NCBI GenBank assembly: GCA_002432865.1
Contig: DJGX01000033.1
Span: forward strand, 4,122-68,121
Source: Cloacimonetes bacterium UBA5835
GTDB taxonomy: Bacteria; Cloacimonadota; Cloacimonadia; Cloacimonadales; Cloacimonadaceae
Direction of reading: 5' to 3'
DNA: 64,000 nucleotides
The translations under genes were made by a program, and so were the position numbers. Of this stretch, positions 49,915 to 61,070 are shown piece after piece; position 1 is the stretch's first letter, and each line of letters begins with the position of its first letter. The notes below the pieces were generated by a model. That model was not told where the DNA came from and made no database searches. It saw only the letters and a list, made by a program, of their open reading frames with translations.

Positions 49915-52089
49915 ATGAAATCTCGCTTTTACTTTTTAGTTGTTATTTTTGGTCTTGCTTCAATTTTTTGGGTAGCGTATCTATTCTGCATTCAGATTTT
50001 AGATCCCTTCCATTTAGCTGGAGTAAGAAGAATGCGATATACACCTAAAAAAGAAATTTTAATTCCTCGTAGGGGTTCAATTCTTGATTCCCAGGGCAAT
50101 CTTTTAGTTAGCTCAATAAGCTACTATCAAATAGATATAGATAGATCTTCCGTGGCAATGTGGGCAAAAGATAATAACTTAACATTAGAAGATGCGTTCG
50201 CGAAATATGCAGAATTGATTGCTGCTCATACTTCTTTAAATAAAGATGAAGTGTTAAAACGCCTAACTATTGGCAATAAAAACACTTCTGTTCAAATTTC
50301 CAACAAGATTAGCGAAGTAGAACTGGACAAATTGATTCGGGATTTTAAATCTAAAGAAATGATCGGTTTGATTCATAGCTTCGCTTCAATGAGAAGAATA
50401 TACTCCAAAGATATATTGGCTGCAAGAGTAATGGGTTCAGTGCGCGAGGTATCTGATGGTTACGATCCTGCAACTCATAGTAAATCTCTCTATCAACTCT
50501 CTGGAGTTTGCGGAATAGAATCCACTTACGATAAATACTTATCTGGAAATTATGGCTGGAAAGAAATAGTATTGGATGCCAATCATCGACCTGTCCCCTA
50601 TCCTAATCTGCATTCCAAAAAACCTCAAAACGGTTACAATGTTTATCTTACAATTGATTCTAAAATTCAAGAAATTGTAGAAAATGCTCTATTTGAGGGA
50701 ATGGAACAATACAGCGCAAAAAATGCTGGCGCTATTGTTATGGACCCGAATACCGGTAAAATTATAGCAATGGCTGGAGTATCCAGAGATGATAGAATTG
50801 AAGATCCGAACTTGGTGAGAGTAAAAACCAATATTCCTGTTAGTTTTATGTTTGAACCTGGTTCTACAATGAAGCCTTTAACTATGTTGCCCGCTATTGA
50901 ATATAAACTGGTAAAGCCAACGGAGACATTTCAATGCGGTAGATACCAAACCGGACGAAGAGTTATTTCGGATACACATCAATATGGAAATCTTACTCCT
51001 CGCGAAATAATAGTTAAATCCAGTAATGTAGGTATTGCTAAAATAGCGGAACGAATTGGCCCCACGCGGTTATATGAGAAATTTATAGCTTTGGGTTTTG
51101 GCCAAAAAACCGCTTTAAATATGACAGGAGAATCCAGTGGAATGTTTGCCAAACTGCAAAACTGGGATGGCTATACATTACATTCAGTTTCTTTTGGCCA
51201 AGGTATATCTACAACTGCCTTACAACTTGCCACTGCCTATTGTGCCATTGCTAATGGAGGGAAATTGATGAAACCTATTATTGTGGATACCATCCGCGAT
51301 GAAGAAGGAAAAATAGTTGAACAATTTGAACCCACGGTTTTACGCAATGTATCTACTCCGGCAGCTACTGATACTATAAAGTCATATCTTCAAGGTGTGG
51401 TAGATAATGGAACAGCTAAACATATAAAAATGGATTATATCCAGGTTGGCGGAAAAACTGGAACTGCTCAAAAAAATATTACAGGAACCAAAGGATACAG
51501 TGAAGGTAAATATAGTTCTGTATTTGTGGGAATGTTCCCCATTGAAGATCCCCAAATGGTAATAGTGGTTTTTTATGATGAACCGGCTCCTGGATTTCAT
51601 TTTGGCAGCACAAGTAGCGCTCCCACTTTCAAAAAAATAGTGGAGAACATTCTATTTATGCCCGATTGCCAGATTTTGCCTTATAATGAACGTTTGATGC
51701 AAACCTCATTAACTATGCCTAAACTTATTGGAATGCATCTTTTCCAAGCAGAAAGGACTTTGAACTATTATGGATTTCAATATAAAGTCGAGGGGCCAGA
51801 TTCTGCCTCTGTAGTTATTGATCAATATCCAAAAGAAGGAGTTACAGTAGATCCACATTATCCAATAACCTTAAAGATAGGCCCCAGTGCAGATAAAAAA
51901 GCCCCTGTCCGCGAAGCAGGAATTATGCCAAATTTAATAGGACTTAGTTTAAGAGAAGCTCTAAAACAAGCATCAGCTCACGGTTTGGCAATCAATATTC
52001 GTGGTTCAGGAATTGTCCGCTCTCAATCTATTCTTCCAGGGAGTAGAATATTGGAAGGCAGTAAATGCCATCTGGAGGCATCGTTATGA
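49915..52089 (+). CDS. ftsI: Class B penicillin-binding protein with two PASTA domains
   Basis: RRGSILD, EPGSTMK (SxxK), SSN, KTG; C-terminal MPKLIG/MPNLIG PASTA repeats. Confidence 0.93.
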   Translation: MKSRFYFLVVIFGLASIFWVAYLFCIQILDPFHLAGVRRMRYTPKKEILIPRRGSILDSQGNLLVSSISYYQIDIDRSSVAMWAKDNNLTLEDAFAKYAELIAAHTSLNKDEVLKRLTIGNKNTSVQISNKISEVELDKLIRDFKSKEMIGLIHSFASMRRIYSKDILAARVMGSVREVSDGYDPATHSKSLYQLSGVCGIESTYDKYLSGNYGWKEIVLDANHRPVPYPNLHSKKPQNGYNVYLTIDSKIQEIVENALFEGMEQYSAKNAGAIVMDPNTGKIIAMAGVSRDDRIEDPNLVRVKTNIPVSFMFEPGSTMKPLTMLPAIEYKLVKPTETFQCGRYQTGRRVISDTHQYGNLTPREIIVKSSNVGIAKIAERIGPTRLYEKFIALGFGQKTALNMTGESSGMFAKLQNWDGYTLHSVSFGQGISTTALQLATAYCAIANGGKLMKPIIVDTIRDEEGKIVEQFEPTVLRNVSTPAATDTIKSYLQGVVDNGTAKHIKMDYIQVGGKTGTAQKNITGTKGYSEGKYSSVFVGMFPIEDPQMVIVVFYDEPAPGFHFGSTSSAPTFKKIVENILFMPDCQILPYNERLMQTSLTMPKLIGMHLFQAERTLNYYGFQYKVEGPDSASVVIDQYPKEGVTVDPHYPITLKIGPSADKKAPVREAGIMPNLIGLSLREALKQASAHGLAINIRGSGIVRSQSILPGSRILEGSKCHLEASL

Positions 52090-54935
52090 TTAATAAAATA
52101 ATAAATGCCTTAAAGCAGAATTCTCTATTGATAGAAACAGCTAATTTGGAACAACTGCAAAACTGGCAGGGAAAAGTTCAAACCGATACCAGAAAATTGC
52201 AACCAGGTGATATTTTTGTCTGTATTAAAGGCACAAATTATGATGGCCATAATTTTATTCCTTCCGCTCTTAATAAAGGTGCAGCATTAATTGTAGGACA
52301 GGAATTTGATAACATCACTTTCCCTTATCTAAAAGTGAAAGACAGTCGTAAAGCGGCAGCTATTATTGCTCGAATTGTGTTGCTTCCAGAAAAAATTCCA
52401 TTTACTTTGATTGGGATAACAGGCACTAATGGAAAAACTACTACCTCAATAATGATCTATGAAGCTATCAGAGATTTGGGGTTTCGTTGTGGTTGGATTG
52501 GAACTTTGGGTTACTATATTGAAGGTAGAACTTTCCCTTCTGAGAGAACCACTCCCGATATTATTGAACTAAATGAAATATTCGCTCAGATGATAGATGA
52601 AAGGGTAAATTATGTAGTTATGGAGGTTTCTTCCCATTCACTATCTCTAAATAGAGTTTATGGAGTTAAATTCGATTATTGTTTGTTCAGTAATCTGGGT
52701 CGAGATCATCTTGATTTTCATCTTACTATAGAAAACTATGGTCAAACGAAAATGAGCTTTTTTGAACAAGGCGCAAAAGATGGTAGCGTTTCCATCGTCA
52801 ATACCGGCGATCCTTTTGGTATAAGGATAAAGGAAATGCTTGTTGAAAAACACGCTAAAGTACTTTCTCTTGGAAGTGAAGATGCTGATTTTCGTTTTGC
52901 CGATGTACAAACTGATATAAATAACAGCAGCTTTCGGTTGCAATCCGATAAAGATGAGATTTATATTATCAGCCGCTTGATTGGTAATTTTAATATTCAA
53001 AATTTGGGGTTAACAGCTCTCACTTTATATGCAATGGGGTTCAAACCTGAAGAAATTCACAAATCTATAAAAGATATTCCTCCCGTCCGAGGCAGAATGG
53101 AAAAAGTGGAAAACAATTATGGTATCGGCATTTTTATCGATTATGCTCATACGCCTCAGGCTATTGAAAATGTTTTAGAAGCAGGAGAGGACTTACCTCA
53201 TAAAAGAATGCTCTGTTTATTTGGTGCCGGAGGAGATAGAGATAAAGGAAAAAGACCCCTAATGTTGAAAGCAGCTCTCAATCATAGTGATGTTGTTATT
53301 ATCAGTGATGATAATCCACGCAGCGAAAACCCTGAGGCAATTATCAGGGATATTGTATCCTCAAGCGATATATTTTTACCCTGGTGGATTATCAGAGATA
53401 GAAAACAGGCAATAGAATCCATTATTCGGTTTGCACAAAAAGATGATATTGTTCTTATTTGTGGGAAAGGGAGTGAGAACTACCAAGAAATTGAGGGGGT
53501 TCACTATCATTTTGATGATCTCGAAACGACTTTGGAAGCACTGGCAAAAAGGGATACAAAAATTAAAGACGACGCAGAGTTTATTCTACCTGTTGATCAG
53601 ACCCTAATGAAACTACTATTTATTTCAAATTGGAATCCCGAACCTTCTGGTTATAAAGAGCCAGTATACTATAAATATCTATATACAGATTCTCGCATTC
53701 TAAAGCCTGAAAGCATATTTGTAGCCATTCAGGGAGAGAAATTCGATGGCCATAACTATCTAAAAGAAGTACTTGCCCCTAAAGAAAATTGCGCTATTGG
53801 TGAAAAATCTTGGTCAGAGGAATCTCCTATCGCAGAATTTCAATATTTTCAGGTGAATAATAGTTTGGAAGCAATGGGTTCTATCTGCCGTAAATATTTA
53901 GCTCTATTTGCTCCTCACAAAATTGCTCTAACCGGAAGTACTGGTAAAACTACCTCCAAAGAATTGATGGCTCAAATTTTGGAAAGTTCCGCTCCCACTT
54001 TGAAAACCCTGGCTAATGAGAACAATATGATAGGCCTCTGTAAAACTATTTTGAGGATAAAACCTGAAGATCGTTATGCCCTTTTTGAACTTGGAACCAA
54101 TCACTTTGGCGAAATTGCTTCTTTGGCAGATGTTGCCGATCCTGAAATTGGTATTATTTTGAATATCGGTCCTTCTCATTTAGAGTATTTTAAGGATGAA
54201 GATGGAGTTTTTCAAGAAAAGATCGCTCTATTTAATAGACCTCTTGCTTTACGCTTATATCCTGGAGATGATTCTCGTTTTCAATATTTTGCCAAGCAGG
54301 GATTAAGTATTGGCTTTAATGAAAATTGTGATTACAGGATTACGCAACATCAGATTTTGGATAGTAGCCAGTCCTTTTATTTGAATGAGGATTTATGGAT
54401 TATTCCTTATGGAGCACCTTACTTTGCTTTAAATGCTGCCTTTGCTATTGTGTTATGCTTGAAATTGGGAATCAGCAAAAAAGATATACAATCAGCTTTA
54501 AATTCTCCCATCTATCTGGAATTAAGAAATCAAGTGGTAAAAAGAGGAACAGGGATACTGATTCTGGATTGCTATAATGCTAATCCTTATTCTATGCAAA
54601 AAGCATTAGAATATTGGCAAACACTATCTTCAGAACAACCTCATTATGCTGTTTTAGGTGATATGCTGGAACTTGGAAATAGCTCTGTTATGTATCATAA
54701 AATGATTGCTGCTATGCTTTCTGAAATGCGCTACGAAAAACTGATCACTGTTGGTTCCTTTTCGCGATTGTTTCATCCTGATAGAGAAAATGCTATCCTG
54801 CATTATAATAATGTGGAAGAATTAATTGCTTCGGGAAATTTACGAACCTTTCCCAACAATGCAATAATTCTAGTTAAGGGCTCACATTCAATTCAACTGG
54901 AGCGCATAATCCCAATCCTTAAAGGAGAGAACTAA
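52086..54935 (+). CDS. murE-murF: Bifunctional MurE-MurF ligase
   Basis: MurE: ITGTNGKTTT, EVSSH, DYAHTP, DNPR (mDAP type). MurF: LTGSTGKTTSK, ELGTNH, DCYNANP, GDMLELG, VKGS. ATG 52086 has a GGAGG RBS and ATGA overlap. Confidence 0.93.
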   Translation: MINKIINALKQNSLLIETANLEQLQNWQGKVQTDTRKLQPGDIFVCIKGTNYDGHNFIPSALNKGAALIVGQEFDNITFPYLKVKDSRKAAAIIARIVLLPEKIPFTLIGITGTNGKTTTSIMIYEAIRDLGFRCGWIGTLGYYIEGRTFPSERTTPDIIELNEIFAQMIDERVNYVVMEVSSHSLSLNRVYGVKFDYCLFSNLGRDHLDFHLTIENYGQTKMSFFEQGAKDGSVSIVNTGDPFGIRIKEMLVEKHAKVLSLGSEDADFRFADVQTDINNSSFRLQSDKDEIYIISRLIGNFNIQNLGLTALTLYAMGFKPEEIHKSIKDIPPVRGRMEKVENNYGIGIFIDYAHTPQAIENVLEAGEDLPHKRMLCLFGAGGDRDKGKRPLMLKAALNHSDVVIISDDNPRSENPEAIIRDIVSSSDIFLPWWIIRDRKQAIESIIRFAQKDDIVLICGKGSENYQEIEGVHYHFDDLETTLEALAKRDTKIKDDAEFILPVDQTLMKLLFISNWNPEPSGYKEPVYYKYLYTDSRILKPESIFVAIQGEKFDGHNYLKEVLAPKENCAIGEKSWSEESPIAEFQYFQVNNSLEAMGSICRKYLALFAPHKIALTGSTGKTTSKELMAQILESSAPTLKTLANENNMIGLCKTILRIKPEDRYALFELGTNHFGEIASLADVADPEIGIILNIGPSHLEYFKDEDGVFQEKIALFNRPLALRLYPGDDSRFQYFAKQGLSIGFNENCDYRITQHQILDSSQSFYLNEDLWIIPYGAPYFALNAAFAIVLCLKLGISKKDIQSALNSPIYLELRNQVVKRGTGILILDCYNANPYSMQKALEYWQTLSSEQPHYAVLGDMLELGNSSVMYHKMIAAMLSEMRYEKLITVGSFSRLFHPDRENAILHYNNVEELIASGNLRTFPNNAIILVKGSHSIQLERIIPILKGEN

Positions 54936-56038
54936 TGTTTTATCATCTTCTTTACCCTCTTGCTAAATATAGCATCGTTTTTAATGTGTTTCGCTATGTA
55001 ACCTTCCGTTCTATTGGAGCTTTTATTACTTCTTTGATAATATCGCTTTTGGTGGGCCCAACTTTTATTAAAATGCTGCGTAAAAGGTCTGCCGTAGAAA
55101 CAATTGATGAAGACCTCCCTGAAAAACATCGCTTAAAACAAGGAACTCCAACTATGGGAGGAATCATTATCTTATTTTCACTGCTCATTTCTTCTTTGTT
55201 ATGGAATGTACTAACCAATCCAGCTATTTTAATGATGTATTTGGCAACTGTCTGGCTAGGTATTTTGGGGTTTTTGGATGATTATTTAAAGAATTTTGTG
55301 AAAGCTAAAAAAGGATTGATTCCCCGATACAAGCTGTTAGGTCAAATTTCCGTTGGTTTAATTATTACTTTGGCAATATATTACAGCAGTTCCGTTACCG
55401 ATAATATAACAGCTTTACAGATCCCCTTTTTTAAGAATTTGATAATCCCATTAGGTTGGATATTTATTCCTTTTGCTGTTGTATTTATCACTGGAACCTC
55501 CAACGCCGTAAATTTAACTGATGGATTAGATGGTCTTGCTGCTGGAACTTTAGCTTTTTCTTTTCTGGGTTTAGGAGTGATGAGTTATCTGAAAGGTAAT
55601 TATATTGTTGCCGATTATCTAAATCTGGAGTTTCTTTCTAATGCAGGTGAACTAACAGTTTTTATCAGTGCAATAATGGGAACTTTAATTGGATTTTTAT
55701 GGTTCAATAGTTACCCTGCACAAGTATTTATGGGCGATACTGGCTCTTTAACCTTAGGTGGAATTGGAGCTGTTATCTCTATTTTATTGAAAGAGGAAAT
55801 CTTCTTTATTATCATCGGCCTAATCTTTGTAGTAGAGACCTGCAGCGTTATTATACAGCGTTCCTGGTTCAAATATACAAAACATAAATATGGACAAGGT
55901 CACCGAGTTTTTCTTTGTGCACCCTTACACCATCATTATGAACTTAGAGGTATTCACGAATCCAAAATAGTTATGCGTTTTTATATTGTGGCAGCTATGC
56001 TTGTAGCTATGGGTTTATCTACAATAAAACTTCGTTAA
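54935..56038 (+). CDS. mraY: Phospho-N-acetylmuramoyl-pentapeptide transferase
   Basis: GTPTMGG, GFLDDY, NAVNLTDGLDGL, FMGDTGS, APLHHH. Confidence 0.96.
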   Translation: MFYHLLYPLAKYSIVFNVFRYVTFRSIGAFITSLIISLLVGPTFIKMLRKRSAVETIDEDLPEKHRLKQGTPTMGGIIILFSLLISSLLWNVLTNPAILMMYLATVWLGILGFLDDYLKNFVKAKKGLIPRYKLLGQISVGLIITLAIYYSSSVTDNITALQIPFFKNLIIPLGWIFIPFAVVFITGTSNAVNLTDGLDGLAAGTLAFSFLGLGVMSYLKGNYIVADYLNLEFLSNAGELTVFISAIMGTLIGFLWFNSYPAQVFMGDTGSLTLGGIGAVISILLKEEIFFIIIGLIFVVETCSVIIQRSWFKYTKHKYGQGHRVFLCAPLHHHYELRGIHESKIVMRFYIVAAMLVAMGLSTIKLR

Positions 56039-56052
56039 AGAGAGTAAATGAG

Positions 56053-57405
56053 ATGATTGAGAAAAACAAAAAATACGGTATCTTAGGTTTGGCTCGCAGT
56101 GGAATTGCCGCTGCTTATAAATTGAAAGAATTAGGTGTTATTCCTTTTTTAAGTGAGTTGCGTCCTGAGACGAAAATCCCAAACGCAGAAAACCTGAAAA
56201 AGGACTTTCCCTGTGAATTTGGAGGCCATACAGACAGACTGCTTGATTGTAACTGCTTGATAGTAAGTCCCGGTATACCTCTTAATACTTCTATTTTGCA
56301 AAAAGCAAGAGAAAGAAAGATTGAACTTATCAGTGAAATCGAACTGGGTTACCAAATAAAAGCCAATGATTCTAAAATCATTGCGGTAACTGGCTCAAAC
56401 GGGAAAAGCACAACCGTTAGCTTAATTTATCATATCCTAAAGAGCTTGGGGAAAAAATCTATTCTTGCAGGTAACATTGGAGACCCTTTTTGTGGTTACT
56501 CCATCGAAAAACCAGGGTTAGATTATATCGTTTTGGAAATCAGCAGTTTTCAATTAGATCTGATAGATACTTTCAAGCCGAATGTAGCTGTACTGTTAAA
56601 TATTACTCCCGACCATATCAATCGCTACAATACCTTCGAGGATTATGCCCTTAGTAAGGTGAACATCTTCAAGAATCAAACAGCAACAGATACAGCTGTG
56701 CTATTTATGGATTCTCCTGAAATTATGCTATATACTAAGAATATAAAAGCTAGCAAGTTATATTTTTCCTCACATCAGATAGAAACAGCTTATGCTTATC
56801 CAGTAGATAACTATATACAATTGGGGCCTACTACAAAAGTTCCACTTTCCAATCTGGAAATTAGAGGACCTCATAATTATGCTAATGCAATGGCTGCTAT
56901 GCTTGCAGTTTATGCATTATATCCAGAACCAGCAAAAATTGCTGAAGCAATTACAGGTTTTAAGCCTCTGCCTCATCGTTTGGAATTTGTGGGTAGCGTA
57001 AATGGCATTTCCTTCTATAATGATTCCAAAGCTACTAATACCGATTCGGTTCGCAGTGCCTTGCATAGTTTTGATAAACCCATCAGAATTATTATGGGGG
57101 GCTCCGACAAAGGTGAAAGCTATAGTACTTTAACTTCCGATATGCAAAAAATAGTAAAAAAGGCATATCTGACAGGTGATACATCAGAGAAAATGTATCA
57201 AACCTGGAACGGAATAATCCCTCTTGAATGCATATCTGATTTTGAGGATTGTGTAACTAAAGCATATAATGATTCCCTTCCAGGTGATATAATCGTTCTT
57301 TCTCCTGCCTGTGCCAGTTTTGATAAATTTAAAAATTATGAAGAGCGAGGAGAATTCTTCAAGCTTGTTGTAAATAGGATTATCAAGGAAAATGAAAAGA
57401 AGTAA
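56053..57405 (+). CDS. murD: UDP-MurNAc-L-Ala--D-glutamate ligase
   Basis: GLARSG, TGSNGKST, EISSFQL, NDSKATN, SPACASFD. Confidence 0.96.
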   Translation: MIEKNKKYGILGLARSGIAAAYKLKELGVIPFLSELRPETKIPNAENLKKDFPCEFGGHTDRLLDCNCLIVSPGIPLNTSILQKARERKIELISEIELGYQIKANDSKIIAVTGSNGKSTTVSLIYHILKSLGKKSILAGNIGDPFCGYSIEKPGLDYIVLEISSFQLDLIDTFKPNVAVLLNITPDHINRYNTFEDYALSKVNIFKNQTATDTAVLFMDSPEIMLYTKNIKASKLYFSSHQIETAYAYPVDNYIQLGPTTKVPLSNLEIRGPHNYANAMAAMLAVYALYPEPAKIAEAITGFKPLPHRLEFVGSVNGISFYNDSKATNTDSVRSALHSFDKPIRIIMGGSDKGESYSTLTSDMQKIVKKAYLTGDTSEKMYQTWNGIIPLECISDFEDCVTKAYNDSLPGDIIVLSPACASFDKFKNYEERGEFFKLVVNRIIKENEKK

Positions 57406-58531
57406 AATCCAAAGCTATATCGTTAGCTTCGATAAAGTAATTTTAATTACTTATTGCTTATTGTGCGTTATCGGGCTAGTGGTTATGTTGGATATTTCAT
57501 CTGTTCAGAGTTCTATGCGCTATTTCTATAGACAGCTTTTCTTTATGATAATCTCTGCCATTTTCGCTATTGTTATTTTATATACTCTAAATTTGGAAAA
57601 ACTTAGAGTGCTTTCTCCCTATATTGTGTACTTAACCATTCTTCTACTGATTATAGTTTTGGTGAAAGGAAATACTGTTAAAGGAGCTACTCGTCAAATA
57701 AACTTAGGTTTTATAAATTTCCAACCAAGCGTTTTGGCGCGTCTGGCTCTAATTTTCTATTTTGCTCATATCTTAGATAAAAAGAATGAAGAACTGGTAA
57801 GCTCTACAACTGGTAGTTTTTTAGGTAATTTCTTTGCCTTAGTAGTGGTTACAGGGGTTACTTTCCTGTTAATTATTATGGAACGGCATTTAAGTACTTT
57901 AATTATAGGTGGATTAACACTCTATGGTATGCTTATCTATGCTGGAGCTAAAAAAAGAGTTCTTATCACAATAGCGATAATTGGCATAATTGCAGGATGC
58001 CTCGTTTTAGCTAATGGAGCAGATTATAGAAAAGGACGCTTAACAACATACAAAAAGTTCAGTCTGTTCTTAAAACCCGCAGGTGAAATCAAAATTGAAG
58101 ATAATGATTATCAGGTGAAGGAAAGTTTAACAGCTCTTTCCAGTGGAGCAATTATAGGAACAGGTATGGCCAGAGGAAGAGCAAAACATTATTATCTTCC
58201 TGAAGCCAGAACAGATTATGTATATACGGTGATTGGTGAAGAATGGGGATTTGTTGGTGCTCTTATTGTTTTTGGCTTACATTGTTTTCTCTTTTTCCGC
58301 TGTTTTTGGATGGCACATTCTCAAGAAAATCGATTTTTAGAATTTCTGGGAGTGGGTTTAGCAATGAATATATTCTGTAATGTTTTAGTTAATACAGGTG
58401 TAGCTATGTCTCTTTTACCTCCTACAGGAAATACCTTACCATTTATCAGTTATGGTGGTTCAGCTCTATTGATTGATTCCATCGCCTTGGGAATGTTGTT
58501 AAATATTAGTGCCCAACGGAGATATGTATGA
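57392..58531 (+). CDS. ftsW: Cell division SEDS glycosyltransferase FtsW
   Basis: GATR, FQPS, LPEARTDY, GEEWG, LPFISYGGS. Confidence 0.93.
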   Translation: MKRSKIQSYIVSFDKVILITYCLLCVIGLVVMLDISSVQSSMRYFYRQLFFMIISAIFAIVILYTLNLEKLRVLSPYIVYLTILLLIIVLVKGNTVKGATRQINLGFINFQPSVLARLALIFYFAHILDKKNEELVSSTTGSFLGNFFALVVVTGVTFLLIIMERHLSTLIIGGLTLYGMLIYAGAKKRVLITIAIIGIIAGCLVLANGADYRKGRLTTYKKFSLFLKPAGEIKIEDNDYQVKESLTALSSGAIIGTGMARGRAKHYYLPEARTDYVYTVIGEEWGFVGALIVFGLHCFLFFRCFWMAHSQENRFLEFLGVGLAMNIFCNVLVNTGVAMSLLPPTGNTLPFISYGGSALLIDSIALGMLLNISAQRRYV

Positions 58532-59610
58532 AGTTTATTTTTGGTGCAGGTGGAACGGGTGGACACATCACTCCAGCTTTAGCTTTGGCAGATGAACTAC
58601 AGAAATATAACCACGATATTCTATTTATTGGCAATCGCAATAGTATTGAGGAATCTCTTTGTAAATCAGCCGGTTATCCCATTCGCTATATAAAAGTACA
58701 AAAATTATATCGCTCCTTTAAATTGGAAAATTTGGTGTTCCCTTTCTTTTTAGCCAGCAGTATCATTGCTGCAATCAGCATCTTAAAAAAAGAAAAACCT
58801 CAAGCAGTAATTTGCACAGGTGGTTTCGTTGCCGGACCTACAGCTATAGCTGCTTCTTTATTAAAGGTCCCTTTGTTCTTCCATGAAAGCAATAGTTACC
58901 CTGGTTTGGTAACTCGGAAGATGGCAAAAAAGATAAATACTATCTTCATCTCGTTTGAAAATAGCAAGAAATACTTAGTTAAAGCTAAAACCGTAAACTA
59001 TGGAATTCCTCTTAGACAAAGCAAAATCAGCAGTACCCAGAAAACTTTTGAACTAAGCTCTCTGGGCCTGGATAACAATAAACCTACTATTATAGTTAGT
59101 GGAGGCAGCCAAGGTTCAATTGCAATTAATACTGTTGTCAGTTCTGCCATACCGGTTATATTATCTATGGGATATCAAATAATCTGGCAAACGGGTAAAA
59201 CTAGTTACGAGCGTTTCGCAACCAAACATAAAAATACCGAAGGTGTTTATATGTTTGCCTTTTCGCCCGAACTTCCCAAGATGCTTTCTAAATGCGAATT
59301 AGCAATAACGCGTGCAGGCGCGATGACTATCGCCGAACTGGAAGAAAACTGTATTCCTGCTATTCTTATTCCACTTCCAACCGCGGCAGAAAATCATCAA
59401 TACTATAATGCTCTGGCTCAGCAAGAAAAGGGAGTTGCTATGCTTTTAGAACAGAAAGACCTATCACTCTTAACTCTGGTTGAGAGTCTTAAAAAGATGA
59501 GCGAAAACCTGGCATATTATCAAGATAATCTGTTCTCGCTTCCCAAAAATCAGGCAGCTGAAAAGATCGTTCATTATATAATTAACTATCTGCAAAACAA
59601 GGGGGAATAA
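58528..59610 (+). CDS. murG: Lipid II GlcNAc transferase MurG
   Basis: GGTGGH, HESN..PG, GGSQG, RAGA, HQYYNA. Confidence 0.96.
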   Translation: MKFIFGAGGTGGHITPALALADELQKYNHDILFIGNRNSIEESLCKSAGYPIRYIKVQKLYRSFKLENLVFPFFLASSIIAAISILKKEKPQAVICTGGFVAGPTAIAASLLKVPLFFHESNSYPGLVTRKMAKKINTIFISFENSKKYLVKAKTVNYGIPLRQSKISSTQKTFELSSLGLDNNKPTIIVSGGSQGSIAINTVVSSAIPVILSMGYQIIWQTGKTSYERFATKHKNTEGVYMFAFSPELPKMLSKCELAITRAGAMTIAELEENCIPAILIPLPTAAENHQYYNALAQQEKGVAMLLEQKDLSLLTLVESLKKMSENLAYYQDNLFSLPKNQAAEKIVHYIINYLQNKGE

Positions 59611-60986
59611 TGCTCGGAAGAACAAAAAAAATACATTTCGTCGGAATCGGCGGAATCGGAATGAGCGGAATTGCAGAATTTTTACATAATCAGGGTTTGG
59701 TAATTACTGGTTCAGACCTAAAAAAATCAGAAATTACAGCACACTTGGAAGCATTAGGAATCAAAGTTGAAGAAGGACATAGACCAGAAAACCTTGGAGA
59801 TGCAGATGTTGTAGTAAAATCCAGTGCTGTAACAGATGATAATCCTGAAATATTGGCAGCAAAAGAAAAGAAAATTCCTGTTATCCGCCGCGCTGAAATG
59901 TTAGCTGAAATCACCAGAATGAGCTTTTCCATCGGTATTTCTGGAACGCATGGAAAAACAACTTCTACTTCTATGGCTGGTTCAGTTTTAGAAAGCGCTG
60001 GTTTAGAACCAACTATCATTGTGGGAGGGAAAGTAAAAAACTTTGGTAGCTCCAATGTGATGGGAAGCGGAAAGTATATAGTTGTAGAAGCAGACGAGTA
60101 TGATCACTCATTCCTAGCTTTAACTCCTTGTATTGCGGGTATAACCAATGTAGATGTAGATCATCTTGATTGTTATCAAGATTTGGATCACATTAAAAGT
60201 TCTTTCATTGAATATGCTAATAAAGTACCCTTCTTCGGAAGCGTTATTGCCTGTTTGGATGATCCAGGAGTACAATCAATTCTGCCCTTTATTAATAAAA
60301 GGATAGTTACTTACGGGTTTTCAAGACAAGCAGATGTACAAGCCAGAGATATCGAAATGCAAGGCTTCAAATCTTCCTATGATCTATCCTATAAGGAGTA
60401 TAAACTGGGGCGCATAAATTTGAATGTTACCGGCAAGTATAACATCCAAAATTCTCTGCTGGCAGCTTCTATTGGCTTGGAATTGGATATCCCTTTTACT
60501 GCTATTCAGTTAGGCCTGCAAGAATTCAACGGTGTTTATAGACGGGTTGATATGAAAGGAGAAGCCGCAGGAATAACAGTTTATGACGATTATGCTCACC
60601 ATCCAACAGAAATAAAAGCTACTCTGGAAGGTTTTAAAGATAGTGTTAAAAGAAGGATTGTAGTACTATTTCAACCTCATTTATATTCTCGGACAAGAGA
60701 TTTTTACGAAGAATTCGGTAAATCATTCTTTTCTTGTGATTGCCTCATTTTGGCCCCAATTTATCCTGCCCGGGAACAACCTATTCCAGATATAACATCC
60801 AAATTAATTGCTGATGCAGCCATTCAAAGTGGTCATCATCAAGTTCATTTAGTTGAATCTAATTCGGAAATAGTAAGCCGAACTCTTCCCCTGCTTAAAG
60901 AGGGAGATATCCTAATCACAATGGGAGCAGGTAACATTTGGAAGTATGGAGAAGAAATTTTAGGAAAGTTAAAAGAATTATGTTGA
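59610..60986 (+). CDS. murC: UDP-N-acetylmuramate--L-alanine ligase
   Basis: GIGGIGMSG, GTHGKTT, EADEYD, DDYAHHPTE, FQPH. Confidence 0.96.
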   Translation: MLGRTKKIHFVGIGGIGMSGIAEFLHNQGLVITGSDLKKSEITAHLEALGIKVEEGHRPENLGDADVVVKSSAVTDDNPEILAAKEKKIPVIRRAEMLAEITRMSFSIGISGTHGKTTSTSMAGSVLESAGLEPTIIVGGKVKNFGSSNVMGSGKYIVVEADEYDHSFLALTPCIAGITNVDVDHLDCYQDLDHIKSSFIEYANKVPFFGSVIACLDDPGVQSILPFINKRIVTYGFSRQADVQARDIEMQGFKSSYDLSYKEYKLGRINLNVTGKYNIQNSLLAASIGLELDIPFTAIQLGLQEFNGVYRRVDMKGEAAGITVYDDYAHHPTEIKATLEGFKDSVKRRIVVLFQPHLYSRTRDFYEEFGKSFFSCDCLILAPIYPAREQPIPDITSKLIADAAIQSGHHQVHLVESNSEIVSRTLPLLKEGDILITMGAGNIWKYGEEILGKLKELC

Positions 60987-61070
60987 CACAAAGCATAACA
61001 TATAAAAAAGTAGTAACTTGTAAAGCTGAGATTGATTTTACTAAAATCTCAGTTAAACAGATAAAGGACT

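Noticed and set aside
60983-61006. Internal ftsQAZ promoter TTGACA...TATAAA
   Set aside because: Spacer is only 12 bp, and the TTGACA includes the murC stop codon; not supportable without TSS data.
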